From the NCBI GenBank assembly GCA_030390025.1, contig CM059441.1, positions 52,700,001-52,764,000 of the forward strand: 64,000 nucleotides of DNA, read 5' to 3'. The notes beneath the pieces were generated by a model that ran no database searches, was not told the DNA's origin, and was given only the letters and a program-made list of their open reading frames with translations. Made by a program: the position numbers and the translations under genes. Shown here piece after piece: positions 1 through 10,740 of the stretch. Numbering within the stretch: position 1 is the stretch's first letter; each line of letters opens with the position of its first letter. The stretch is from Squalus acanthias. Taxonomy: Eukaryota.

Positions 1-429
1 AGGGCTCCTTGATGCCACACTCTGTCAAATGCTGCCTTGATGTCAAGGGCAGTCACTCTCACCTCACCTCTGGAATTCCGCTCCTTTGTCCATGTTTGGA
101 CCAAGGCTGTAATGAGGTCGGGACCCGAGTGGTCTTGGCGGAACCCAGACTGGGCATCAGTGAGCAGGTTATTGGTGAGTAGATGACGCTTAATAGCACT
201 GTCGATGACACCTTCCATCACTTTGCTGATGATTGGGTGAAGACTGATGGGGCGGTAATTGGCCGGGTTTGATTTGTCCTGTTTTTTGTGGACAGGACAT
301 ACCTGGGCAGTTTTCCGCAATGTCGGATAGATGCCAGTGGTGTAGCTGTAATGGAACAGCTTGGCCAGAGGTGCGGCTAGTTCTGTAGCACAAGTCTTCA
401 GCACGATTGCCGGGATGTTGTTGGGGCCC
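1..429 (-). mobile_element. CR1-group (L2/Crack-like) LINE ORF2 fragment, running off the window start
   Basis: Same sequence as 13487-13915, which lies in ORF 13039..13917 (NYRPISL, ALDIKAAFDRVWH RT motifs). Confidence 0.85.
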
Positions 430-620
430 ATGGGTTGTAGAGGCAGAAACCATCAGCACATTTAAAAAGTACTTGGATATGCACTTGAACTGCCGTAACC
501 ATCACTGCTACGGACCAAGTGCTGGAAAGTGGGATTAGGCTGGATAGCTCTTTGTCGGCCGCCACGGATAAGATGGGCCGAATGGCCTCCTTCTGTGCTG
601 TAAATTTCTATGATTCTATG
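430..620 (+). mobile_element. CR1/HER1-type LINE 3' end with TTCTATGA tail
   Basis: GGGCCGAATGGCCTCCTTCTGTGCTGT...TTCTATGATTCTATGA 3' terminus. Duplicate of 13916-14114. Confidence 0.8.
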
Positions 621-1244
621 ACCTGCTGAGTGTTTCCAGCATTTTCTGTTTTAATTCAGATTTCCAGAATCTGCAGCACTTTGCTTTTGTATTAAAAGGA
701 TGATGTTAAGCGAATACTTTAAAAGATTGAACATTGTTCTTTTTGTGCTATTGCCAGTGAGAAAGTCCCCTCTCCTTTCTAAACCCCCCTTGTAGCTGGA
801 GTAGAATAATCCCCTTTGCCTTACAATGCCTGTTACATTTCAGGTGAGATTTCTGCCTGATCCCTGTGTCCCTCTAACTATATAATGTCTGTCCAGTACA
901 TTTCTGGTGAAATTTCATCCTCACCCTTTGGGTATTAATCTGACGGGCGGATCGCACGCCCTGTCCAGAACCCGGCTGATTATAATTCTACTGAAATAAT
1001 GTAAATAATGAAATATTTAGTCATACACAGCAGCTTGTTATAGAATTTCACCCCTCAACAAAAACACACCCATTTCCCATCAATAATCGACTCAACAATT
1101 GAACTTAATCAGTAGATTTTGTTCAACGTCCGCACAAAGGTAGGGCTTGCAGTAAAATTCACTTCTGTTGATGCATCTCTTGGTAATTAAAGGATATTCA
1201 GCTGCCAAGGGTCTAAGCTATGGAATTCCCTCCCTAAACCACTT

Positions 1245-2787
1245 TTTTATTATACGTTTATGGGATGTAGGCGTCGCTGGCAAGGCCAGCGTTTATTGCC
1301 CATCCCTAATTGCCCTTCATAAGGTGGTGGTGAGCCACCTTCTTGAACCGCTACAGTCCATGTGGTGAAGGTGCTCCCACAGTGCTGTTAGGTAGGGAGT
1401 TTCAGGATTTTGACACAGTAACAATGAAGGATCAGCGATATACTTCTAAGTCAGAATGGTGTGTGACTTGGAGGGGCACTTGGAGGTGGTGGTGTTACCA
1501 TGCGCCTGCTGCCCCTGTCCTTCTAGTTGGAAGAGGTCGCGGGTTTTGGAGGTGCTGCCGAAGAAGCCTTGGTGAGTTGCTGCAATGCATCTTGTAGATG
1601 GTACACACTGCAGCCATGGTTCGCTGGTGTTGGAGAGAGTGAATGTTTAAGGTGGGGGATGGAGTGCCAATCAAGCGGGCTGCTTTGTCCTGGATGGTGT
1701 CGAGCTTCTTGAGTGATTTTGGTGCTGCACTCATCCAGGCAAGTGGAGAGTATTCCATCACACTCTTTAATTGTGCCTTGTCGATGGTGGAAAGACTTTG
1801 GGGAGTCAGGAAGTGAGACACTCGCCGCAGAATACCTCGCCTCTGACCAGCTTTTGTTGCCACAATATTGATGTGGCTGGTCCAGTTAAATTTCTGGTCA
1901 ATGGTGACCCCAAGGATGTTGATGATGGGGAATTCGGCAATCGTAATGCCGTTGAAAGACAAGGGGCTGTGGTTAGCCTCTTGCTTGGTGGAGATATTCA
2001 TTGCCTGGCACTTGTGTAGCGTGAATGTTATCTGCCACTTATCAGCCCAAGCCTGAGCGTCATCCAGATCTTGTTGCATACAGGCATGGACTGCTTCATT
2101 ATCTGAGGATTTGTGAATGGCACTGAACACTGCAGTCATCAGCGAACATCCCCATTTCTGACCTTATGTTGGAGGGAAGATCATTGATGAAACAGCTGAA
2201 GATGGTTGTGCCCAGGACACTGTCGTGAGCAACTCCGGCAGCGAAGTCCTGGGGCTGTGATGATTGACCTTAAACCACCACAACCACTTTGCTTTGTGCT
2301 AGGTATGACTTCAACCAATGGAGAGTTTTCTCCCCGATTCCCATTGACTTCAGTTTTACTAGGGCTCCTTGATGTGACACTCTGTTAAATGCTGCCTTGA
2401 TGTCAAGGGCAGTCACTCTCACCTCACCTCTGGAATTCAGCTCCTTTGTCCATGTTTGGACCAAGGCTGTAATGAGGTGTGGAGCCGAGTGGTCTTGGCG
2501 GAATACAAACTGGGCATCAGCGGGCAGGTATTTGGTGAGTAAGTGCCGCTTGTTATCACTGTCGATGACACCTTCCATCACTTTGTTGATGATTACGAGC
2601 AGACTGATTGGGCGGTAATTGGCTCGATTGAATTTGTCCTGCTTTTAGTGGACAGGATATACCTGGGCAGTTTTCCACATTGTCGGATAGATGCCAGTGT
2701 TTTAGCTGTACTGCAACAGCTCGGCTACAGACGCGGAAAGTTCTGGAGCACAAGACTTCAGCACGACAGCTGGGATGTTGTCGGGGC
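1245..2787 (-). mobile_element. CR1-group (L2/Crack-like) LINE, 3' part of ORF2, cut by the LTR at 2788
   Basis: ORFs 1495..2139, 2270..2581 and 2556..2753 are frameshifted pieces of a non-LTR RT (ALDIKAAF, WADKWQITF, LGVTIDQK). Confidence 0.85.
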
Positions 2788-4475
2788 TGTAAGGGATTCT
2801 CCTGACCCTGCGTGTCTCGTAGCCTGTGAGATTCACGCGGCTCTGTGCAGCCTGTATGTCAGTGCGGGTCTAGGCCTGGTTGCCTGTTCTGGTCTCCAGC
2901 CAGTCTGGGAACACTAGACACACCTGTGAGTGGTTCGAATCACTCTCCCTTACGGTTCTAGACACTGGACTTAGATGCGAGAGCAGTAATGGAGATAAAA
3001 CTCATGTAGACTTGGTTTGAATGGTACGAAATGGAAAATCTTTATTGCATGATACTTAAAATTATGAAATACATGTCATACGCACAGATTAATGACAGTA
3101 CAATCTTACAAACGGTTATAATCAATCTTAGGGAAACGAGGAACGAACGGCACAACGTAAATAGGGCACACATTACAAATATCCTTAATCTTTAAACCCT
3201 CCCCTATCAATATCTATCCTAAACTAGCTTCGTAGGATCTCGAGACTCATGCTCACCACTCGTAATAACTCGGAGAAATCCCGAATAGCTGATCGGATGT
3301 TTTTCACCGCAGCACCCACGTGTCGGTCAGGAGATCTCCTGGTCCCACTTGTTTACTGGCTTCTGCTGCTCGGGCTAGTAGGCTGGACCGTCTGCTGTAG
3401 TGAAGACCTCTGTTGGTGGACTTCACAGTTTAGTCGAGGAGCACCGTTGTCAATATCACTGATACGATGTGTTTGCACAGTCCAGTTATCATTGATGCAA
3501 TATGTTTTGTTAGAAGTTTAAAGAAGAAAACTTCCTGTCGAGAAGACTTGGCTGATCGACCTACAGGCGCGGTCGGGATTTACTGACCGTGGCGATGGAT
3601 ATGGTCTTCTTCTCTTCTCCTCTCATCTCATCTCATCTCATCTCATCTCGGGCCTTTGGTTCCGCTGCCAGTTACCAACATAGGTCTTCGTTACGCGACA
3701 CGAGGTAGATCCGAACGGATCAGAAAGTTCAACAGTCTTTTACACAGGAGCAGCCACGAGGTTACGAACCGACCGGATAAAACACAGGAGCAGCCACGAT
3801 GATAAAAGCAGCAAGCGAGCAAGAGCGGCAAGAGACAAGAGAAAGAATGGACGGTTTGGGGCCTGCAATTATAGTGCAAAAATCTTCCGTTTCCCGCCCA
3901 ACTATAATGTCCATTCTTTTGTTTAGGGTTTGGCGCCCAAATGTCTTGTATGGGTGATCTCCGTCCTTAATGGGTTTCGGGGCTACTCATGAATGTTTGA
4001 GTACCTGTTAATATTTCTCCCATTGTTAAATCGGTCGGTGTTCTCCCTGGAGGGGTTTGGGGCTTCCAAGTGTCCTGTATAACTACCTGCTAACGGCTCT
4101 CTCATCGTAGAGCCGTTGGGAGTTTACATATTAATGTCCTCTGGATGGGCCCTTAAGTACTCGGTACAATGGCTTTCCTTTGTACCTGGGAGACCGATTC
4201 CAGTATCTATGTTTATACTGTAAACCCATAATGTCCCGTGTATTATCTTCACTGTGCTGAATCGTTATCGATCTTGCAAAAAAATGTTTAATGGAACGCC
4301 ATCTTGTCTGCCTGTTGAAAAGTCTAGAATGTTCTGTCACGAGGTGCGGCGGCCATTTTACAGGCTGCTTGTGTCCAATTTAAACCTGACAGCATTCTGC
4401 TGAAATAAAAGCTGTTTGAACGAAACTTTGTGTTTTCTCCTTATTAATCAAATCGCGATAATTGCGAATTCTACA
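2788..4475 (-). repeat. 3' LTR (1688 bp, TGTA...TACA)
   Basis: TG..CA termini and a second copy at 16282-17969. Contains a (TCTCA)n tract at about 3620-3648, and on the minus strand a TATA-like TATAAT at about 3870 and AATAAA at about 3041-3046. Confidence 0.9.
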
Positions 4476-4486
4476 GTCCCTCCTGT
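4476..4486 (-). promoter_or_regulatory. Polypurine tract
   Basis: Minus strand reads ACAGGAGGGAC immediately before the LTR TGTAG. Confidence 0.7.
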
Positions 4487-4897
4487 TGATGCGAATAACT
4501 CCGCTTATCGTATCAAAAATCTCAGTGGTGAGCAATCTTATCTCGATTTCACTCCGAATCCAGTACATTAATCCCATAAATTTTAACTTAACTAGGGTCT
4601 CTGTGTCGTCCTTATTTCCCAAGAAAATCACATTTTATATCACCGTAGGCATCATTTGCCCTTAAACTTACACCAGTTGTTTTCCTTTCCGGCGTAACCA
4701 GGCCGATACCTCACGCATCACCTGTATATTTGTCTTTTATTCAGGGAAAGGAAAAACAAAACCCAAAACCAAACAATCAACACCATCACCAAAATAAACA
4801 AATCCCAACTCTTAAACATGTCGGGTTTCCAACGTATTTACAATGAGTACAAACTTCCGCGGCGCACGTGGCGAGCGGGAGTGACGCCATTTTCCTA

Positions 4898-7800
4898 TTA
4901 CACGGTACTCTCGTCGTGCACGCGCACGTAACGTTCTCGCCACTCTCCCGTGTTCTCATGCTTGGTGAGGCGCTTGTACCACATCCTCCTGGGCTGGGGT
5001 TCTCTACTTGACCTACGGGGAGTTGCTATGGGCGGGGGTTCCGTGACGGACGGACCGGGTTCCGAGACCTCCAACGGGACGACCTGGGGTTCCATTACAG
5101 TCGCCGGCTCCGCCTCCGCTGACTCCGCCTCCCTAACCTCGGGGCTGGCATTTCGTGGCTCCGCCCTGCTCGGCCCAGCAGGCGGCCCTTCACTCGTGAT
5201 CTCTGCCTCCCCTGAGGACTGGACGTTCAAAGCGGGCGGCCACACCTCTGGGAACCACATTGGTACTCTCTGTGCTCCTATAGCGGCTGGCCCTGCCTCC
5301 TCTAGCTCCTCCCTCCTGTCCTCGGGACCTGCAGCTTGTGTGTCCACCCCGTGTGGATCTCTACCTATCGGCCCCATTCCCCCCAGGCCGTTCCTCAGGA
5401 ACCACCCGTCATCATCACTATGCTCATCTGCACTATCCTCATCTGACCAGGGTACCCTGGGTTCTTCGTCATCTAACCCCCAACTCCAGAAAAACGCTGC
5501 ATGATCGTCCGGGATGTCCCTTCCCCTGATGCAAGCTGCTACGCCTGCCTGTGTGCCTTGTGGTCCTACCTGGGGCTGTGTTTTCCCATTGGCGGGATTT
5601 ACCCCTGTAGTTTTCCCCTGCGCACCCGGCTGGTACAGTTTGCATTGGTTTATGTGGAACCACTTAGTGCGCCGAGGTACTTTTACGGCGTAAACCATGG
5701 GACTCGCCTTGTCTACAATGTTGTAGGGTCCCATATACAGTGGTTCCAGACTCCCTACTCTGGCGTAGTTTCTGACCATGACCTGGTCTCCTACTTCCCA
5801 CTCCCGCGTTTTGCGGGGTTCCAGCAACAAGCGATTGCCCTGATGCTGCCTTCCCATGTTCCCAGCCGCCTGCTCATAAACTTGCTTCAGGCACTCCAGG
5901 AGAGTTTGGGCGAACTTGTCCCTGCTTATCTCTTGAAGCTGACCCTCAGTGAGCACCAGGGCTAGCACATGGGTGGGGGTTCGCATGAGCCTGCCGGTCA
6001 TTACCTCGTGCGGGGAGTACCCCGTACTTTTTGACTGACTGGCCCGGACCCCCATGAGGACTAAAGGCAGAACTTCCGCCCATTTTTGGGGCGAGTTCCT
6101 AGTCTCTTTCCTCAATTTCTCCTTCAGGGTCCGGTTCATACGTTCAACAATCCCGGATGACTGGGGATTGTGTGCTACGTGCCACTTCCCTTCAATGCCC
6201 AAAAGCATGAGGGTGTTCTGCATCACCTGGCCGGTGAAATGACTCCCTTGGTCTGACTCCACAAAACGGGGGAGTCCCCACCGCGAGAACACTTCCCGGA
6301 CCAAGATTTTTGCTGTACCCAGTGCCGTAGCTGTTCGACAAGGGAAGGCTTCCACCCACTTGGAAAACACATCCACCAGGACGAGGCAGTACTTATAACC
6401 TCCCTGGGTGGTGGGCAGGGGTCCTATATAGTCGATCTGTATCGACTGCCATGGTCCCTCTACCCTTCTTACGTGTCCCATGGGCACCTTCCTTTTCTGG
6501 GGGTCTGGGTTGTTTGCAGCGCACACAAGACAGTTTGCACAGAACTCGCGGACTTGTTCCCTGAGCCCCGGCCACCATCCCGCTTGCTCTACCCGTTGCC
6601 AGGTAACCTCGGGCCCGGGGTGCCCTGCCCCTGGTCCCTCGTGAGCCAACTGGAGGAATTCCCTCCTGTGCTGCTGCGGCACAACCCACTGCTCCCCGCG
6701 GAACAGCATGCCTTCCTTAACTGAGAGGGTTGCCGTACTGTACGGACCTTCTACCTGCCTCCCCTCAGCAACCGTTTTTAGGACTGCTTTTAGGGCGGGA
6801 TCCTGGGCTTGGACGGTCTTAAGGTCTAGGGGCAATGCTACCCTGGTGTTCCCGGTATTCCCGTCCCCGCCTCGGACCGCTGCTATGGGTCCGGTCCTAT
6901 AGGGGTTCCAGAAAGTGCCGTCGCGGGCACCCTCCCTGGCTAGCGCATCCGCCTGCCGGTTGCCCTCCCCACGGGGCTCTGTGGAGGAGTGAGCTTTCAC
7001 CTTATGGATGAAAATCTCTCCTTCCTCCCCTACTGCTGCTGCTAAGATCTTTTCCAGCAAGGGCTTCACCGTTAAAGGTCGCCCGTCCGCGGAGGTGTAT
7101 CCGCGGCGGGACCAAATGGCCAGGTATTCCGTACACGAATTGCAGGTGAACATACTGTCCGAGCAAATCGTGTATGGGGTTGGGAAAATGTCTGGGTGGG
7201 TCACCACGTACACCACGGCAGACAGCTCAGCCTGCTGCGCGCTCATGGTGCTAGGGAGCTTGATCGCCAGGGCAAGGTCTGCCGCAGGGTCATAAACTCC
7301 ACACCCTGTGAGTCGCTCGCCAGCAGATACTGTGCTAGACCCATCAACATAAATCTCGCGCCCAGTGGGATGTATCCCGGCCCGTAAACCTATGTTGACG
7401 TCCCACACCCCTTCCACCGAACACCGGTGGGCTGTACCGGGGTATACCAGATTGGCCGCAAGCCTGGGCTCGCAAAGACCTTTTACTCTAAGATCCAACT
7501 GGGAGAGAAGAAGGGTCCAACGCGCAATGCGTGCGCTGCTTACGGTCCCGTCTTTAATCCTCCCATCCAGAAGCATCTTAGTTGGTGTGTGATGTGTGAG
7601 GAGAGTGATGGGAGAGAGCCCTGTGAAGATCGCTGATCTTTTCACAGCCCAATGCGTGGCTAAAAGGTGCCTTTCGCAATTGGAAAAACTTCTCTCCACA
7701 TCCGTTAATACCCTGGATGAATAGACAACCGGCCTCAGCTTGCCGTGACGCTCTTGGAGCAGCACGGCGCTTAAGCTGTCTCCGCTGGCAGCTACCTCCA

Positions 7801-9304
7801 GGAAAAACTCCTTCCCCCCATCTATGGCCCCCAAGGCTGGCGCGGTCTGCAGATCCCTTTTTAACTTCTCGAAGGCTGCTTGGCAGCCCTCGTCCCAAAG
7901 CCACTCCACCCCCTTATGGAGGAGTCGGAGGAGCGGCGCCGCTGTGGCCGCATAATCTTCGATAAAATCCCTGCAGTAACCGGTCAGTCCCAAGAAGGAC
8001 CTCACACCCCTTACGTTGCTGGGAATCGGTAATTCTTGCACCGACTCCCTCCTTGCTTTGTCTATGGCTCTTTCCCCAGCGCGTAGGGTCAGTCCCAGGA
8101 ATTTTACTTCCTGCTGACCGATACGTGCTTTCTTTGGGTTTACTTTAAAACCCTTTCTCGCTAACAGCTCCAATAACTCGTCCAGTAGTGGTCCGTGCTC
8201 CTCCCTTGAGTCCGTAAATAGGAGCAAATCATCCACATACTGTACTATCTGATTGGGCTGACTAAACTCCTTTAAACTTCCTGCCATACACTGATGAAAA
8301 ATACTGGGGCTATTGTGGAAACCCTGTGGCAAACAGTTCCACGTGTACTGTTGCCCTTTAAACGTAAAGGCAAACTTGTACTGGTCCTCTCGCCGCAGCG
8401 GGATGGACCAAAAACCGTTCGAGATATCCAGCACCGTGAACGTGGTCGCGGACGCTGGGATGCTCCCTATTAGGTCAGCAACTGCTGCTACTGTGGGCGC
8501 GCAGGCGGGAATGTTACTGTTAAGGACTCTGTAGTCCACCGTGGCTCTCCACGAATTATCCGGCTTCCTAACCGGCCATAATGGGGAGTTCACGTGTGTG
8601 GCTATCGGCCTCAACACGCCCTGCTGCACCAAGGAAGACATTGCTGTCTCCATATCGGGTTCTGCTTCTTTGGGGAAGTTATACTGCTTTTGGGGTCGGG
8701 TCATGGGGTCCCCATCTACGCTGACCTCAAACCCGACCACCCTCCCACAATCGTGCTTGTGGGTTGCAAACGCGTGCATATTATCTGACACGTACGTTTG
8801 CATGTCCGTTGGGACATCTGCGACCATAAGCCTGAGGTCGTAGCCTCCGGATGGCTGTACGGTACACAGGACCCCTGTTTCTTCCTCCCCTTGAATTACC
8901 ATTACCTCGCCTTTTTCACCTTTAGCCCCCCAGAGACAGTGATTTCTGAGGTCCACGAGGATCCCGTGTCCCGCTAGGAGATCGGACCCGAGAATACCTC
9001 TTCCACCCCCCTTTTGCCATGCCATCAGTATACACTTCCACTTAAGGCGAAGTGTCCCTAAACGAATGGATAGCGGGAGGGAAAACGTGCCAGCCTGTTC
9101 TTTCCCTGTGAACCCTGCTAGCGTGAATGGGACCTTGGTAGATAGCGGCGAGTCAAAAGGGTCATCTGTATGGATTATGGTGCAAGAAGCTCCCGTGTCC
9201 AACAAATAACTGCCCTTCTGTTTCTCTACCTCCATCTCCACCACAGGTCGCCTCCACGCATCATAGCTGAGCGGACACAGGTAGACGGGCTGTGCTGGTT
9301 CTAG
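4898..9304 (-). CDS. pol: Pol polyprotein: aspartic protease, RT, degenerate RNase H (tether), RNase HI, integrase, acidic/Pro-rich C-terminal tail
   Basis: Motifs: LLDTGAS (PR); NSPLWPVRKPD, LPQGFHNSP, QYVDDLLL (RT); LEVAAS/CERHLLA/THHTP (RH lacking catalytic residues); YVDGSS/AQQAEL/CSDS/HKVKAH/NRQADALA (complete RH); H-H-C-C, IDYIG, D-35-E and GPY (IN). The frame stays open for 20 codons upstream of 9244, up to the gag TGA. Confidence 0.93.
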   Translation of the reverse strand, partial: LEPAQPVYLCPLSYDAWRRPVVEMEVEKQKGSYLLDTGASCTIIHTDDPFDSPLSTKVPFTLAGFTGKEQAGTFSLPLSIRLGTLRLKWKCILMAWQKGGGRGILGSDLLAGHGILVDLRNHCLWGAKGEKGEVMVIQGEEETGVLCTVQPSGGYDLRLMVADVPTDMQTYVSDNMHAFATHKHDCGRVVGFEVSVDGDPMTRPQKQYNFPKEAEPDMETAMSSLVQQGVLRPIATHVNSPLWPVRKPDNSWRATVDYRVLNSNIPACAPTVAAVADLIGSIPASATTFTVLDISNGFWSIPLRREDQYKFAFTFKGQQYTWNCLPQGFHNSPSIFHQCMAGSLKEFSQPNQIVQYVDDLLLFTDSREEHGPLLDELLELLARKGFKVNPKKARIGQQEVKFLGLTLRAGERAIDKARRESVQELPIPSNVRGVRSFLGLTGYCRDFIEDYAATAAPLLRLLHKGVEWLWDEGCQAAFEKLKRDLQTAPALGAIDGGKEFFLEVAASGDSLSAVLLQERHGKLRPVVYSSRVLTDVERSFSNCERHLLATHWAVKRSAIFTGLSPITLLTHHTPTKMLLDGRIKDGTVSSARIARWTLLLSQLDLRVKGLCEPRLAANLVYPGTAHRCSVEGVWDVNIGLRAGIHPTGREIYVDGSSTVSAGERLTGCGVYDPAADLALAIKLPSTMSAQQAELSAVVYVVTHPDIFPTPYTICSDSMFTCNSCTEYLAIWSRRGYTSADGRPLTVKPLLEKILAAAVGEEGEIFIHKVKAHSSTEPRGEGNRQADALAREGARDGTFWNPYRTGPIAAVRGGDGNTGNTRVALPLDLKTVQAQDPALKAVLKTVAEGRQVEGPYSTATLSVKEGMLFRGEQWVVPQQHRREFLQLAHEGPGAGHPGPEVTWQRVEQAGWWPGLREQVREFCANCLVCAANNPDPQKRKVPMGHVRRVEGPWQSIQIDYIGPLPTTQGGYKYCLVLVDVFSKWVEAFPCRTATALGTAKILVREVFSRWGLPRFVESDQGSHFTGQVMQNTLMLLGIEGKWHVAHNPQSSGIVERMNRTLKEKLRKETRNSPQKWAEVLPLVLMGVRASQSKSTGYSPHEVMTGRLMRTPTHVLALVLTEGQLQEISRDKFAQTLLECLKQVYEQAAGNMGRQHQGNRLLLEPRKTREWEVGDQVMVRNYARVGSLEPLYMGPYNIVDKASPMVYAVKVPRRTKWFHINQCKLYQPGAQGKTTGVNPANGKTQPQVGPQGTQAGVAACIRGRDIPDDHAAFFWSWGLDDEEPRVPWSDEDSADEHSDDDGWFLRNGLGGMGPIGRDPHGVDTQAAGPEDRREELEEAGPAAIGAQRVPMWFPEVWPPALNVQSSGEAEITSEGPPAGPSRAEPRNASPEVREAESAEAEPATVMEPQVVPLEVSEPGPSVTEPPPIATPRRSSREPQPRRMWYKRLTKHENTGEWRERYVRVHDESTV

Positions 9305-10740
9305 TCATGGGGCACTATTAGACGGTCCTGCGGCACCTACGGGGCCGGTTGCGACCGCCACCTGTCCACGCGCATTCAAAACCATCTTGCGCATGGCTCC
9401 TAACACTGCTTCGAGGTCGTCGGGAGAGGTGGGTGCCTTTGCTTCCTTAGGCGGGACAGGCGCCTGGGCTCGGACCGCGGGATTTTTATCCTTGGAATCC
9501 TTCCAAGGGTTCCTGCAGTGCTTGCGCCAGTGCCCTGTCTTCCCACACCCGTAACAGGCATTACTTGCCTGTGGGGCGCGATTACCCTCCTGATGCCACT
9601 CTCTTTGAGCTGGGGCTGCGGGTCGTACCTCATGTACTCTTCCCTTAAAGGGACGTGTCGTCATACCCCTTATGTTACGGTAACCTAACGTGAGTCGATT
9701 CAAGACCGACTCTTCCGTAAGGTTGAGGTCATTGGGATCGAACCAGGCTTTTGCCTGCTCTCTAACGGCTGGTAAACTGTTGGCTATTATGCACCTAAGC
9801 CAATGAATTAAAGCGGCGCCTTCCACATCTTCGCGCTCGGGCGCACCTAGACAGCTGCGCTCATATACTGGCCACAGCCTGTCGGCAAAAACCTTCGGGG
9901 GTTCTCCCTCCATCTGCACTGTCTGTCCCACTCTAGCAAACGGACCTCCGTCGTTCGCTCCCACTACTTCTAGGACCTCATTTTTCAATTCCTCATAACT
10001 TTTGTTTCCCCTCTTGCTCTCGCCTGAGAGACACTGAAGGACCGAGCTGTCTAATGAGAACAGCAGCATTTTTGCTGTCTCCCCATCATCGCAGCCGTTA
10101 ATGTACGGAAGGGTCGTCTATCTCGGTCAGCTTCCTTACGTGGTTTATCATGGCTCTCAGCTGATGTGAACTGTGAGGCAACACCAGCTGTCCGAGGAGA
10201 TCCCCCGGTTCTTCCCCACCGTTTCTGCTTGGGCCCCTTTTAATCCCCGTTACTGGATACAACGATCCCTTTTCTACTTCCTTTTCAACGGGCTCTTTTG
10301 TTTCTTCCGTTGCTTCCTCCCTAACCCAGGTTTCTGAATAGCTGGGTGGCGCGGAGGGCGCAGTGGCTACTACTTCTTCTGCTTTACTTGGTGGGGAATT
10401 TCTAAATCTCTCATTTACTAGCGGCTGGCGCGCCGACGGATTGATAAGGCACACCATGCCGTTCGCATTATTCACGGCCTTTTTGAGGCTCTCTATCTCT
10501 TTTTGGCAGGCGCTATGGTCGGCTCCCTGAAACTTATCCTCAAGGGCCAACTTATACGCCGACCTAACCCCCATTAAGCTCTCTTCTTGAGTTCTTATCT
10601 GGGCAGCTTGGCGGTTACATCTTTCCTTCATCCTACTCTCGTTCAATTTTGCTTCAGTGATCTGGCACTCGAGATACTCTACCCTTGTTTTAAGGTAACT
10701 GCAGACTTCCTGACTTCCTAAATTGTGGTGCCTAGAAAAT
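9305..10740 (-). pseudogene. gag: Gag, 5'-truncated and frameshifted near 10100
   Basis: ORFs 10098..10757 (coiled-coil-like, PSAP and PPSY late-domain-like motifs) and 9305..10069 (CYGCGKTGHWRKHC CCHC knuckle) are in different frames. Confidence 0.85.

Larger units (their letters stand above)
2788..10740 (-). mobile_element. 5'-truncated retrovirus-like LTR retroelement (gag-pol, dual RNase H, no env)
   Basis: 3' LTR at 2788-4475, then PPT, a 1448-aa pol ORF and a gag with zinc knuckle. Gag is truncated at about 10740 by a junction to a Penelope fragment. Confidence 0.9.

Noticed and set aside
4476-4897. env or accessory gene between pol and the 3' LTR
   Set aside because: Only about 420 bp, with short ORFs lacking a signal peptide, fusion peptide or TM segment.
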